A stretch of DNA of 248,000 nucleotides from Hyalangium minutum (GTDB taxonomy: Bacteria > Myxococcota > Myxococcia > Myxococcales > Myxococcaceae). This document shows, one piece after another, positions 120,473-136,978 of the stretch (the first letter of the stretch is position 1; each line of letters starts with the position of its first letter). Both the position numbers and the translations under genes were made by a program. The stretch covers positions 20,001 through 268,000 of the forward strand of contig NZ_JMCB01000003.1 in assembly GCF_000737315.1 (NCBI RefSeq), written 5' to 3'. The notes below the pieces were generated by a model that worked only from the letters and a program-made list of their open reading frames with translations, was not told the origin of the DNA and searched no databases.

Positions 120473-122260
120473 TTACTGTGCCGGGCTGTCTCCCAGCATC
120501 AGCCGCCGGAGGATCGGAACAGGCGGGTAGCCGTAGGAGACGGCTTGGTCGTGGAAGCGCTGGAGCGTGAAGCCCGAGCCCCAGCGGGCCCGCGCGTCCT
120601 CTCGCAGCTCCAGCAGCATCTTCTTGCCCAGCGCGTAGACGAGGTACGTGGGATCTGAGGTGCCCCGGCGCGCCTCGCGCTCGGCGTTGGTGTGCGTCAT
120701 GTACGCCTCCTCCTCGAAGAAGCGCACGGCCTGCTCGTACGTCATCCCCCGCGTGTGGAGCGAGAGCCCCACCACATAGCGCGCCAGGCGCTGCAGGTAG
120801 AGCGCGAGCTGGTTGAGGCGCAGCTTGTCCGCGTTGGGGCCGGTGCCGCCGTAGCCCTGCTCCAGCATCATCTGCTCGGTGTAGAGCCCCCATCCCTCGC
120901 TGAAGGAGCCCGAGCCCAGCATCCGCCGCACCTTCGAGTCCACACGGTTCGTCCACAGGAACTGCACGTAGTGGCCGGGGTAGGCCTCATGGATGGAGAC
121001 GAGCTGCAGCGCGTGGCGGTTGTAGAAGCTCATGTGCTGCTCGGTCTGCTCGGTGTTCCAAGAGGGCTCGGGCGGTGTCACGTAGTAGTAGGCCTCGGTG
121101 GCGCGCGTCTCGAAGGGCCCGGGCATGCTCATGCTGGCGAACGAGAGCGAGCGGTTGAACGCGGGCGTCTCGGCCACCAGGGCGCGCACGTCGCTGGGGA
121201 TGGTGATGATGCGCTGCTCCACGAGGAACTGGCGGATCTCCTCCAGCATGGCGCGCGTGGTGGGCACCAGCTCGGCCGGGGTGGGGTGCTCCTTGCCCAG
121301 CTCGCGGTAGACGTCCATGGGCGCCTTGCCGGGCGCGAGGCGCGCGGCCACCTCGCGGAACTGGCTCTGGGTGCGCTTCAGCTCCGCCTGGCCCCAGGCG
121401 AGCAGGGAGCCGATGTCCTCGGTGACGCCCTCTTCGTACTTGAGCTTTTGTCGGTAGAGCTCCTCGCCGATGGCGAAGTCCCCGTTCGAGCGGGGCAGCA
121501 GGTCCTCTCGCAGGAAGCGGATGAAGCCGTCGATGGCGGCCAGGCAGCGGGCCTGCTCCTGCTTGAAGGCGTCCTGCAGGGCGGCGTCCTTCACGGGCTC
121601 GAAGGCCTTGGGCAGGGTGTCCGCGTAGAGAGCGCGGGCGCCCTGGGCCTGCATGAGGGCGATCTCGGTCCACAGCTTGGGCGGGTTCTTCAGCGTGGCC
121701 TGCGCCGTGGTGAACACGGTGGGAACGCTCTTCATGCGGCTGATGGCCGAGCGCATGCGCTGCTCGAGCGGCGCGAAGTCCCGGTTCACGAGCTGGAAGA
121801 GGGCGAAGGAGGCTGTGTTCAGCCAGGTGTTGGGGTTGCGTTCCCAGGTGCGCAGGGTCTCTTGGTCCAGGATGCGTGCCCGGAGGTGGTTCTCGAGGAT
121901 GTCGTAGTCGGCCTGGTCGAGCGGCGGCAGGGCGGCGCGGTCCACCTTCTGGGGCAGGGCGGCAAGCTCGGCCTTGAGCTGGGCGAGGTAGGCGGCGCGC
122001 TCCTCGGGCGTAAAGCCCCGCAGCTCTCCATCATAGGTGTGGATGCCGGCTTGGGTGGCCTGGGTGGGGAAGCGGCGGAAGGTGTCCTCGAAGTGCGCGT
122101 TTACGAAGGCGCGCAGCGCCGTCTGGGCCGAGGATGGGCTCGTGGACTCGGCAGCCGGGGAGCCAGGGCCCTCCGTCTGGGAGGGCGGTCGCGAAGAGGT
122201 GCAGGCGGAGGACAACAGCAGGAGCGCGGAGAGGGCGCTCCTTGCACGCGGCGTGAACAT
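120473..122260 (-). CDS. DUF885 family lipoprotein
   Basis: HEAYPGH, FSEGWGLYTE, YALGK. Confidence 0.9.
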   Translation of the reverse strand: MFTPRARSALSALLLLSSACTSSRPPSQTEGPGSPAAESTSPSSAQTALRAFVNAHFEDTFRRFPTQATQAGIHTYDGELRGFTPEERAAYLAQLKAELAALPQKVDRAALPPLDQADYDILENHLRARILDQETLRTWERNPNTWLNTASFALFQLVNRDFAPLEQRMRSAISRMKSVPTVFTTAQATLKNPPKLWTEIALMQAQGARALYADTLPKAFEPVKDAALQDAFKQEQARCLAAIDGFIRFLREDLLPRSNGDFAIGEELYRQKLKYEEGVTEDIGSLLAWGQAELKRTQSQFREVAARLAPGKAPMDVYRELGKEHPTPAELVPTTRAMLEEIRQFLVEQRIITIPSDVRALVAETPAFNRSLSFASMSMPGPFETRATEAYYYVTPPEPSWNTEQTEQHMSFYNRHALQLVSIHEAYPGHYVQFLWTNRVDSKVRRMLGSGSFSEGWGLYTEQMMLEQGYGGTGPNADKLRLNQLALYLQRLARYVVGLSLHTRGMTYEQAVRFFEEEAYMTHTNAEREARRGTSDPTYLVYALGKKMLLELREDARARWGSGFTLQRFHDQAVSYGYPPVPILRRLMLGDSPAQ

Positions 122261-122369
122261 GAGGCCTCTGGGAGGAAGATGCCGCGGGAGCCTCGCCGAT
122301 ATGCGTGGGGCCGACAAGGCGAGGGCGCTCTCTCGGGGTTAATCTCTGGCCCATGCGCTGGAGGCTGCG

Positions 122370-123539
122370 GTGAGGAAGTGGATCGTCCTGGGGATTGTGG
122401 CTGTCCTGGTTGTGGGCACCTTCATCGGGCTGGACGTGGCCGCCACGCGCGCGGGCCGCCGGATGAACGGCGTCCATCCCGGGCCGCCCTACACCCCGAC
122501 CAAGCGAGGCGCCGCGCTGCACTCGCAGCTCTTCATCACGGATCTCCATGCGGATCCGCTGCTGTGGAACCGGGACCTGAACGAGCGCTCGAAGGATGGA
122601 CAGGTGGATGTGCCCCGGCTTCTGGAGGGCAACGTCTCCCTGCAGATCTTCAGCGTCGTCACCAAGACGCCGAAGCACATGAACACCGAGCGCAATGACG
122701 ACACCACGGATGACGTGCAGTTGCTCGCATTCGCGCAGCGGTGGCCGCCGAGCGCTTGGTTCAGCTTGAAGGCCCGGGCGCTGTACCAGGCCCGGAAGCT
122801 GGAGGACTTGGCGGAGGACTCGGACGGCAAGCTGGTGTTCATGCGCACGCGGGCGGAACTGGAGCAGTTCCTTATCGAGCGCCAGAAGGACAGGAACAAG
122901 GTGGGGGCGCTGCTCTCGCTCGAGGGTATGCACGCGCTCGAAGGCAAGGTGGAGGCGGTGGACGATCTGTACGCCGCGGGCTTCCGGATGCTGGGGTTCG
123001 CCCACTTCTTCGACAACGAGGTGAGCGGGTCGGCCCACGGCATGAAGAAGGAGGGGCTGACGGAACTCGGACGCGCCGTGGTGAAGCGGATGGAGGAGCG
123101 GGGCATGACGCTCGATCTTGCGCACTCATCGCGGAAGACCTTCGAGGACGTGCTTGCGATCGCCACCCGGCCGGTGGTCGTGTCGCACTCGGGGGTGAGG
123201 GGCACGTGTGACAACAACCGGAACCTGAGCGACAGCCAGCTCCGCGCCATTGCTCGGAACGGTGGGGTGGTGGGTATCGGCTACTGGAGCACCGCGACGT
123301 GTGGCAAGGACGCGAAGGCCATCGCCCGTGCCATCCGCTACGCGGTGTCCGTGGCCGGGCTCGAGCACGTCGGGCTTGGCTCGGACTTCGACGGGGCGGT
123401 GACGACTCCGTTCGACACCGCGGGCCTCGTGGAGGTGACCGACGCGCTGATCGCTGAGGGCTTCGGGGAAGGGGAGATCCGGAAGATCGCTGGAGAGAAT
123501 GTGCTGAGGGTCTTGCGAGCGAATCTCCCCGCTCAGTGA
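122370..123539 (+). CDS. Membrane dipeptidase (M19)
   Basis: DLHAD, SLEG, DLAH, SHSG, GSDFDG. Confidence 0.9.
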   Translation: MRKWIVLGIVAVLVVGTFIGLDVAATRAGRRMNGVHPGPPYTPTKRGAALHSQLFITDLHADPLLWNRDLNERSKDGQVDVPRLLEGNVSLQIFSVVTKTPKHMNTERNDDTTDDVQLLAFAQRWPPSAWFSLKARALYQARKLEDLAEDSDGKLVFMRTRAELEQFLIERQKDRNKVGALLSLEGMHALEGKVEAVDDLYAAGFRMLGFAHFFDNEVSGSAHGMKKEGLTELGRAVVKRMEERGMTLDLAHSSRKTFEDVLAIATRPVVVSHSGVRGTCDNNRNLSDSQLRAIARNGGVVGIGYWSTATCGKDAKAIARAIRYAVSVAGLEHVGLGSDFDGAVTTPFDTAGLVEVTDALIAEGFGEGEIRKIAGENVLRVLRANLPAQ

Positions 123540-123548
123540 CGAAGGGGC

Positions 123549-124433
123549 TCAGTTCTCCACGGTGTACGTCTTGCGCAGGGGCTGGCCGTCGCGCTCGATC
123601 TGGAGCTCGATGCGCGAGGCGCCCTTCATGCTGTGGTAGGCCTCCATGGCGCGCATCGGATCATCGAGCGTGGAGCCGTTGATGCGCTGGAGGATGTCCC
123701 CGTTCTTCAGGCCGAGCTTGGCGTAGAGGGAGTCCGGCCTCATGGCGAACAGCTTGAAGCCCCTGGGCTTTCCGTCCGTGAAGGACGGCACCACCCGGGC
123801 CTGCGTGGCGATCTGGTTCAGGTTGGCCAGCGTGTTCTCCACGTCCTGGCGCGCGATGGCATAGGCGTCGGGGCCTGTCTGCCGCAGGGAGGAGCCAAAG
123901 CCCGTGGTGGGCGCGGCCGGAGCCGGTGGAGCAGATGGCATCCCGAGAGCCGCTGGGGCCGAGGTGAGGTCGAGGAGCTCCACCTGGCCGTTGTTCAAGA
124001 ACAGCACCCGGGTGCGCTCGATTGCGAGGACCTCGGCACCCTGAAGCGTGCTTCCCACGGCAATGGTGCGCGTGCGCTGGGACGTGGGCTCATACACGGA
124101 GGCCAGGGACATGTCCGTCGAGGCGGAGGTCAGGGTTCCCAGCAGCTTGAGCCCGAGCTGGGTGGGCACGGTGACGGTGAGGACGGCGGTGGAGGGCTGA
124201 CTAGGAGTTCGCAGGGACAGCCCCGTGTAGCGGGCCAGCTCTTCGGCGGAGAGGGGCATGACCGTGGCGGTCGAGGCGCTGACGGGCTCCTGTCGAGCGG
124301 GCTCCGAGGCGGTGGGGAGTGTCGCGAGCGACGCACCCAGGAGCGTGTTGACCGTTTGCGCCACCAGCAAGCACGCGCACGCGAGCATGGCGAAGGTAAA
124401 CGCATGAAACGCGGGACGAATGAGCGACCTCAT
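123549..124433 (-). CDS. gspC: Type II secretion protein C (PDZ), orphan
   Basis: TM, HR domain, PDZ GFKLFAMRPDSLYAKLGLKNGD. Confidence 0.8.
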   Translation of the reverse strand: MRSLIRPAFHAFTFAMLACACLLVAQTVNTLLGASLATLPTASEPARQEPVSASTATVMPLSAEELARYTGLSLRTPSQPSTAVLTVTVPTQLGLKLLGTLTSASTDMSLASVYEPTSQRTRTIAVGSTLQGAEVLAIERTRVLFLNNGQVELLDLTSAPAALGMPSAPPAPAAPTTGFGSSLRQTGPDAYAIARQDVENTLANLNQIATQARVVPSFTDGKPRGFKLFAMRPDSLYAKLGLKNGDILQRINGSTLDDPMRAMEAYHSMKGASRIELQIERDGQPLRKTYTVEN

Positions 124434-124473
124434 GGGCAGCCTCCTGATGTGGACAGTGAATGCCCGCGCTCAA

Positions 124474-124489
124474 AGCAAGCCAGATACCA
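124474..124489 (-). promoter_or_regulatory. Candidate sigma54 promoter for gspC
   Basis: Minus strand TGGTATCTGGCTTGCT, GG-N10-GC with a perfect TTGC. Confidence 0.5.
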
Positions 124490-124790
124490 ACCGCAGCACT
124501 GCGGGCTGCCCCGAGGGGGCGCTGCGAGGCCTGACCGGACTCGGGTTCGTGCCGCATGACAGAGTGTCAATGCGGGCCTGAGGGCCGTGACGACGCGTCT
124601 GCCGGAGGCCCCACCGTCCACGCAGGGAGACGCGAGTCCACGGCGTGAGACGGTCGTGAAGCAGGAATCAACGACTTCCCGGACGCGTGTCCCTTGGACC
124701 CACACAACCTGACGGGTAGGCGCGCCAATTGCTAACGGAATACGTCGGGGGAGCATTGACGCGCGCGCCCGTCCGCCGCACGCTTAGGGC

Positions 124791-125606
124791 ATGGGACGGC
124801 ACGCATATAAGGGCGAAGGACCATTCCCCCAGGCTCCGACGCAAGAGGAGTGGGAGGCGATGGGACCGGAGGAGAGGGCCCGGGTGGTGGAGTCACTGCC
124901 TGGGGAGGTGACGTGGGACGAGATGGCGATGCCCGAGGGGGATCCACACTTCGGGGCGAAGGTGCGGACCTTGGATGTGCTCAAGGGCTACTTCCGCAAT
125001 CAGAAGCGCAAGGTGTACCTGGGCGCGGAGCTGCCTGTGTACTACCCGGCGGAGCGGCGCTTCGCTCCGGACTTGGTGGCCGTGCTGGATACCGAGCCGC
125101 ACGAGCGCAACAAATGGGTGGTGAGCCATGAGGGCAAGGGGCTGGACTGGGTGTTGGAGGTTCACTTCGGCGGCGACCGGAAGAAGGACGCCGTCTTCAA
125201 TGTGAAGCGGTACGCGCAGTTGGGCATCCCTGAGTACTTCATCTACGACCGGCGCAAGCAGCGGCTGGAGGCCTACCGGCTGCTGTCGCCCGAGTCGCGC
125301 AGGTACGAGCGGATGCTGCCCAGGCAAGGCCGGTTCGTGTCCGAGGTGCTCGGGCTGGAACTGGAGGTGTCCGAGGAGAAGCTCCAGCTGTGGGCGGGCA
125401 ACGCGCTCCTCTTGGAGTCCGCGGAGATGTTGGCCCGGGTGCAGGAGAAGCTGGAGCAGGTGGCTCTTCAGCGGGAGGAAGAGGCGCGGCGTCGCGAGGA
125501 GATGGAACTCCGATTGGCCGAGGAAACGCGCCGGCGTGAGGAGACAGAGCAACGCCTGAGAGTGCTTCAGGCGGAGGTGGAGCACCTCCAACGCCCCAAG
125601 GAGTAG
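124791..125606 (+). CDS. Uma2 family endonuclease with coiled-coil tail
   Basis: FAPDLVAV, VLEV, GIPEYFIYD. Confidence 0.88.
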   Translation: MGRHAYKGEGPFPQAPTQEEWEAMGPEERARVVESLPGEVTWDEMAMPEGDPHFGAKVRTLDVLKGYFRNQKRKVYLGAELPVYYPAERRFAPDLVAVLDTEPHERNKWVVSHEGKGLDWVLEVHFGGDRKKDAVFNVKRYAQLGIPEYFIYDRRKQRLEAYRLLSPESRRYERMLPRQGRFVSEVLGLELEVSEEKLQLWAGNALLLESAEMLARVQEKLEQVALQREEEARRREEMELRLAEETRRREETEQRLRVLQAEVEHLQRPKE

Positions 125607-125637
125607 GGCAGGGGAGGCGCTCAACGGCCGGGATGGC

Positions 125638-127101
<1,464 letters not shown>

Positions 127102-127104
127102 GGC

Positions 127105-131661
<4,557 letters not shown>

Positions 131662-131894
131662 CAGTAGATTCCCTCCTTCACTGCTAGGCACAGCGTGTTC
131701 ACTCGCGAACCTCGGATGGTAATGCGGCGCGTCAGGTTGGGTAAAGGAGAGTCTGAAGAGGGGCTGCTTTGGTTGGGGGGACAGGAAGCAGGCATGGCGG
131801 GTTCGCGCAGAGCCAGGGCGGCGTTCTTCCAGATCCACGCAGCGCGTCAAGGGGAGCGTGACGCACCTGCTGCCGTGTTATCCCTTCCTCTGTC

Positions 131895-133097
131895 ATGGCC
131901 TCCACCGAACGCCTCTACTTCAGCGATCCTTTCCTTCACCAATTCACCGGACGCGTGATTGCGCACGCCGCCTGGAATGGGACCTTGTCGGTTGTGCTCG
132001 ATCGCACGGCCTTCTACCCGGAGGCTGGCGGTCAGATGGCGGATCGCGGGCTGCTCGGCGGCTACGCGGTGAAGGACGTGCAGGTGGATGACGCGGGGGT
132101 GGTCCACCACGTGCTGGAGCTGTCCGAGGGGAAGGCGCTGCCCGAGGTGGGCGCCGAGCTGGCGGGACAGATCGATCGGGCCCGCCGCCGCGTGCACATG
132201 GCGCTGCACACGGGCCAGCACATGCTCTCGCGGGCCCTGGTGGATGTGGCTCAGGCGAACACCATCTCCTCGCGCCTGGGCGAGACGCTCTGCACCATCG
132301 ACGTGGATCTGGAAGTCCTTGACGAGGCGCGCGTCGCCGAGGCGGAGGAACTGGTCAACTCGGTGATCGATGACGACGTGGCGATCCGGTCCTTCTTCCC
132401 GACGGTCGAGGAGCTGGCGGCTCTGCCGCTGCGCCGGGCTCCCAAGGTGACGGACAACATCCGCGTGGTGCAGATCGGCGAGTTCGATGTGTCCCCTTGC
132501 GGAGGGACCCACTGCACGCGGTCGGCGCAGGTGGGGATGATCCGGGTGCTCGGTGTGGAGCGCTATAAAGGTAAGGGACGCGTGTCGTTCTCCGCCGGCC
132601 GCCGTGCGCGGACCGAGCTGTGGCAGGAGGCCGGGACGCTCCGGGGCCTGAGCCGCGCCTTCACGTGCGGCCCGGGCGAGGTGCCGGTGGTGATCGACAA
132701 GATCCGTCGCGATCTCACCGAGACGCGGGAGGCGCTGGGTGCGGTCCGGGCGAAACTGGCTGATCAGGCCGCCGTGGAGCTGGCCGCTGCATTGGAGAAG
132801 TCTCCGGAGCGCCGGGTGGTGGCGGTGCTCGAGGGCGCCAACCCCGAGTCGCTGCGCGCGATCGCCGCGAGGCTCACGTCCCAGCCAGAGTCCGTGGTGC
132901 TGCTCGCGGGCCGCGCGCCCGAGGGCATGCCAGTGCTGATCGCTCGAGGGAGTGGCTCCAGCTTCGGGTGTGGCGCCTTCCTCAAGCGTCTGGCCGAGGC
133001 TGCGGGAGGCCGAGGCGGTGGCCGTCCCGAGCATGCCGAGGGCCGCCTGCCCCCAGGCACGGACTTCCCAGGGCTCGTCGCCCAGCTTCTCGGATGA
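131895..133097 (+). CDS. Alanyl-tRNA editing domain protein (AlaX-like with DHHA1)
   Basis: FYPEAGGQ, HTGQH, CGGTH, GGRGGG. Confidence 0.85.
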   Translation: MASTERLYFSDPFLHQFTGRVIAHAAWNGTLSVVLDRTAFYPEAGGQMADRGLLGGYAVKDVQVDDAGVVHHVLELSEGKALPEVGAELAGQIDRARRRVHMALHTGQHMLSRALVDVAQANTISSRLGETLCTIDVDLEVLDEARVAEAEELVNSVIDDDVAIRSFFPTVEELAALPLRRAPKVTDNIRVVQIGEFDVSPCGGTHCTRSAQVGMIRVLGVERYKGKGRVSFSAGRRARTELWQEAGTLRGLSRAFTCGPGEVPVVIDKIRRDLTETREALGAVRAKLADQAAVELAAALEKSPERRVVAVLEGANPESLRAIAARLTSQPESVVLLAGRAPEGMPVLIARGSGSSFGCGAFLKRLAEAAGGRGGGRPEHAEGRLPPGTDFPGLVAQLLG

Positions 133098-133133
133098 ACG
133101 GACGAGCCCCTCGACTGTCGGGGGGCTTGCTGC

Positions 133134-134027
133134 TCAGCCCTTCCGGGCGATGAAGTCGCGCAGGTGCCGGATGACCTCGGCTGGCTTCTGCAGGGTGACC
133201 CAGTGTGTTGCTCCCGGGATCTTGTGGATCGTGAGATCGGGTGCGAGCTGATCGAGTCCCTCGAGGCCGCTCGGCAAGAGGTAGGGATCCTGCTCTCCCC
133301 AGAGCACGAGCACGGGGAAGCGGACCTTCCACTGCTCCTGGGAGAGCCCGTCCATCAAGTTGCTGCCACCCGGAGAGCCTTGTCCGTCTGGAGGGCCGAT
133401 CTGGGCAGCCCGGTAGTAGTTGAGGCCGGCGTCGACGGCCCCGGGCTGCTTCAGGGCCTGGAGCCACTCGGCCTCGTCCTCGGCGGAGAGCGCGGCGCCG
133501 TGCTGACGGGCATCCTCGAAGATGGCCTGCTTCGCGAAGGCGAAGTCATTGCCGGAGATCTGCTGGTCGAAGCCCGGGGTCCGGAAGCCCAGCATGTACT
133601 GGCTGGCCTCCTGCTGCTTGGGGTTCTCGCGCAGATCGCGGTTGAAGAGGGCGGGGTGGGTGATGTTCACCGTGACGAAGCGGCGGATGAGCTCCGGGTG
133701 ACGAAGCACGAAGCTCCAGCCCAGGAGCGCACCCCAGTCCTGGCACACCACCGTGAGCCTGCGCAGGCCCAGGTGCTCCACGAGCGCGCGCACGTCTTCT
133801 ACGAGGTTCTCGATGCGGTACGCCTCGACGTCCGTGGGGCGAGAGGTGAGGTTGTAGCCCCGGAGGTCTGGGGCGATGACCCGGTGGTCCTTTGAGAACT
133901 CCGCCATCAAGCCCTTCCAGACGCCCCAGTACTCGGGGAAGCCGTGGAGGAACAGGAGGGGCTCACCCGTTCCCTGAGTCACATAGTGCATACGGATGCC
134001 GTTGACGTCCGCGTAGGCGTGCTGCAT
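133134..134027 (-). CDS. Epoxide hydrolase-like alpha/beta hydrolase
   Basis: HGFPE, QDWG, ATHW. Confidence 0.9.
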   Translation of the reverse strand: MQHAYADVNGIRMHYVTQGTGEPLLFLHGFPEYWGVWKGLMAEFSKDHRVIAPDLRGYNLTSRPTDVEAYRIENLVEDVRALVEHLGLRRLTVVCQDWGALLGWSFVLRHPELIRRFVTVNITHPALFNRDLRENPKQQEASQYMLGFRTPGFDQQISGNDFAFAKQAIFEDARQHGAALSAEDEAEWLQALKQPGAVDAGLNYYRAAQIGPPDGQGSPGGSNLMDGLSQEQWKVRFPVLVLWGEQDPYLLPSGLEGLDQLAPDLTIHKIPGATHWVTLQKPAEVIRHLRDFIARKG

Positions 134028-134117
134028 GGCGTGAGACCTCCTGTGTCCGGTGAGCGCGGTGTGCGGTGCCCGAGAGGATGCCTGAATCCCCTCCAGGCAG
134101 TCGCATAGAATGGGGGG

Positions 134118-134546
134118 ATGCGTCTCCCCGCTACCCTGGTGGCTCCTGCGGACCCAGCGCGCTCCCGGTGGCGGATCCTGCCGCTGCTGCTGCTGCTGCC
134201 CGTGCTGGGGCTGGGCTCGCGCTCGGGGGCTCCCTGGCTGCCCTCCTTCGTCGCGGAATACGCGGGGGACACGCTCTGGACGATGATGGTGTACGTGTGC
134301 CTCGTCTTTGTCTGGCCCCGCCTCTCGGTGGCCCAGGCGGCAGGGGCGGCGCTGGCGATCTCCTTCGCGGTCGAGTTCAGTCAGCTCTACCGTGCCCCCT
134401 GGATCGATGCGCTGCGCGCACATCGCCTGGGGGCACTGGTGCTCGGACGTGGTTTTCTGGGATCGGATCTGGTCTGTTACACCGTGGGCGCGCTGGTGGC
134501 GGCGGGAGCGGAGAGGTTGCTCGCCCAGCAACAGAGCGGGGAATGA
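134118..134546 (+). CDS. DUF2809 membrane protein
   Basis: YAGDTLW, EFSQLY, LVLG..SDL. Confidence 0.8.
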   Translation: MRLPATLVAPADPARSRWRILPLLLLLPVLGLGSRSGAPWLPSFVAEYAGDTLWTMMVYVCLVFVWPRLSVAQAAGAALAISFAVEFSQLYRAPWIDALRAHRLGALVLGRGFLGSDLVCYTVGALVAAGAERLLAQQQSGE

Positions 134547-134599
134547 GTCCCCGGGGAATAGGCGTTGGGCATACATTCGTGAATACTCCAGACACGAGC

Positions 134600-135094
134600 A
134601 TGACTTCTTCCCCGACCTTGACGGTGGTTGCGCAGACGGCTCCCAGCAATGAGAGCCTCTTCACCGCGTTCCGCGAGGAGCGCACCTCGAAGGTGCGCTG
134701 GCTCTTCGTGCTGTTGGTGCCGCTCCTGGGGCTGCTCGCGGCCTGGGGGTCGATGCACGGGCAGGAGCACGCGGTGCGCATCGTCACGGCGCATGGCTTC
134801 AAGATGGTTCAGCCGGGCATGTCCCAGGCGGACGTGGTCGCGCGGCTGGGCAACCCCATTGGCAAGACTACCCGGGCGGACGGGGCGGAGTGCGTCCAGT
134901 ACGGTGTGTTCTCCGTCACCGAGCCGTCCACCAACGTGTACGTGCTCTGCTACGTGGATGGGGTGCTCCAGGACGTGACGACGCGGCGCTACTCGCTGTG
135001 GACGGTGGATCCCTCCACCGGTGAGTTCATGCCGGCGGGCGTTCCGATGGAAGAGGAGCCGGCCAAGAAGCCTGCTCCTGTGCCCACGCCCTGA
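134600..135094 (+). CDS. Membrane protein with SmpA/BamE-like domain
   Basis: TM then GMSQADVVARLGNP. Confidence 0.55.
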   Translation: MTSSPTLTVVAQTAPSNESLFTAFREERTSKVRWLFVLLVPLLGLLAAWGSMHGQEHAVRIVTAHGFKMVQPGMSQADVVARLGNPIGKTTRADGAECVQYGVFSVTEPSTNVYVLCYVDGVLQDVTTRRYSLWTVDPSTGEFMPAGVPMEEEPAKKPAPVPTP

Positions 135095-135098
135095 TCGC

Positions 135099-135707
135099 AT
135101 GCGGACGAAAGCTTCGCCGCCCATTTCCCACCTGAGTGGCAAGGCGGCGCTCCCGCTGATCGAGGCTTACTTCGAGTTCAACCACCTGAAGCAGCTCTAC
135201 CGTCAGGGCTGGCTCCGCGTGGGCATTTCTCCCGAGCGCTGCGAGAGCGTCGCCGAGCACTCCCTCGGCGTGGCCTTGCTGTGCCTCTTCATCGCCGACA
135301 GTTGGTTCCCCGAGGCGGATGCCTCCAAGGTCGTCCGGATCGCGCTGCTGCACGATCTGGGGGAGGCCCGTGTCGGTGACATCACTCCGCACGACGGCGT
135401 GAACCCCACCCAGAAGCACGCGCTGGAGCGTCAGGCCGTGGCGCAGATCCTCGGCAAGCTGCCGCGTGGCGCCGAGTACCTCGCGCTCTGGGAGGAGTAC
135501 GAGCAGGGCGCCTCCTTCGAGGCGAAGCTGGTGCGCCAGGTGGATCGGCTCGAGATGTCGCTCCAGGCCTGCGTCTACGAGCACCAGGGTTTTGGGGACC
135601 TGTCGCAGTTCTTCGCCTCGGCCGAGAAGGTCATGGAGTCGCCTCAGCTCCGGGCCGTCCTGACGGAGCTTCAGGCTCTGCGGCCCCCTCGCGCTGCTGC
135701 TCCCTGA
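135099..135707 (+). CDS. HD-domain hydrolase (YfbR/HDDC2-like)
   Basis: RQGW, ESVAEHS, LHDLGE, DRLE. Confidence 0.88.
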   Translation: MRTKASPPISHLSGKAALPLIEAYFEFNHLKQLYRQGWLRVGISPERCESVAEHSLGVALLCLFIADSWFPEADASKVVRIALLHDLGEARVGDITPHDGVNPTQKHALERQAVAQILGKLPRGAEYLALWEEYEQGASFEAKLVRQVDRLEMSLQACVYEHQGFGDLSQFFASAEKVMESPQLRAVLTELQALRPPRAAAP

Positions 135708-135719
135708 ACTCGCTTCGGC

Positions 135720-136574
135720 TCACCCGAACCAGGCGTTGGTGCTGGGGGCGAACACCTGGATGCGCTGTCTCAAGGCCTCCGGGACTCGCTGGCGGATGAG
135801 ATCGTGCACCTGCTGCGGCCCGTAGAGCTGGCTGAAGTGCATCAGCACGAGCGCTTCGTTCTTGAACAGGTCCGCCCGGTCGATGATCTCGTCCAGGTGC
135901 GTGTGAAGGCGCTCCTGCGTCTCCTCCACGGTCCGTTTCGGGTCCAGGTACGTGCTCTCCAGGATGAGCACCCGGCTCTCCAGGATCGACGGCGCGGACT
136001 CCAGTACCCGCGCCAATGTATCCGTGGCGTAGGCCACCTCGAGCCGCTCGACCTCCTCGAAGATCCCAGGGGTGCCCTCACGCCGGAGGCGGGCGATCTC
136101 CTCGCCTGGGAGCCCCTGGTGCTCGGGCTTCAGCTTCGTGACGCGCTTGAGGAACTGGTAGCCGAGCGATGGGCCCGCATGGTGGGTCCGGAAGGCACGC
136201 ACCCAGATGTCCCGGTCCACCTTGCGAGTGTCCCCTGGCAGCATGGGAATGGTCTCGTACGCGACCTCTGAGCGGTGCAGGCGGCCCAGGGCCTCGAGCG
136301 CCTCGCGGACCGCTGACTCGATCTCCGCAGGGAGGTACACCTGGGCGGGCGAGTGCTTGCCTACCAGCCCTCGGATCGCGAGCAGCGAACCCAGGGCGCT
136401 CGCATGGTCCGCGTGGCCGTGACTCAGGAAGAGATGATCCGTCGTGGCGAAGCTCCGCAGCGGGACGCCTGCGTCCAGCACCACGCCCAACTCCGGCACC
136501 TGCAGTGATGTGTAGACCCCCGCTACCGAGATCCCTCGGACGGTGTAAGGGCCTGCCTGCACTTCGGTCAGCAT
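135720..136574 (-). CDS. MBL-fold metallohydrolase (RNase Z-like)
   Basis: SHGHADH, ATDT, MHFS. Confidence 0.85.
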   Translation of the reverse strand: MLTEVQAGPYTVRGISVAGVYTSLQVPELGVVLDAGVPLRSFATTDHLFLSHGHADHASALGSLLAIRGLVGKHSPAQVYLPAEIESAVREALEALGRLHRSEVAYETIPMLPGDTRKVDRDIWVRAFRTHHAGPSLGYQFLKRVTKLKPEHQGLPGEEIARLRREGTPGIFEEVERLEVAYATDTLARVLESAPSILESRVLILESTYLDPKRTVEETQERLHTHLDEIIDRADLFKNEALVLMHFSQLYGPQQVHDLIRQRVPEALRQRIQVFAPSTNAWFG

Positions 136575-136665
136575 GCCCGGCAAGGCTAATGGCCGGGCCC
136601 TCGGAGGGACACTGGAACTTGTAGCAGGGGCTCGGGATGCCAACGTTCCGAGTGAGAGGACGACC

Positions 136666-136884
136666 ATGCGAACGACTCCGACTTCGGCCCTTGTGCTGTT
136701 TCTCCTCGCTCCGGTCCTGGCGCTCGCCCAGCCGGGGATGGGGCCTACTGACGACCGCTGGGTGACCCAGAGCTCGGGCTTCTGGTTCTGGGTGATTGCC
136801 TTGGCCATCGCCGTGGTGGCCTTCATCGTGGCCAACGTCGTCTTCAATCGGCGATTGCCGCCCACGGGCCCCCGGGGACTCTGA
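136666..136884 (+). CDS. Small secreted/membrane peptide
   Basis: Signal peptide plus one TM. Confidence 0.5.
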   Translation: MRTTPTSALVLFLLAPVLALAQPGMGPTDDRWVTQSSGFWFWVIALAIAVVAFIVANVVFNRRLPPTGPRGL

Positions 136885-136978
136885 GCCGCAGAGGCGTGGC
136901 GCAGGCTGTCTGTCTGCAAGGCAGCCTGGCGCCGGTGGGGCAGGGGAGCATGTGACCCGCCGAGGCGTTGGCTTCATC

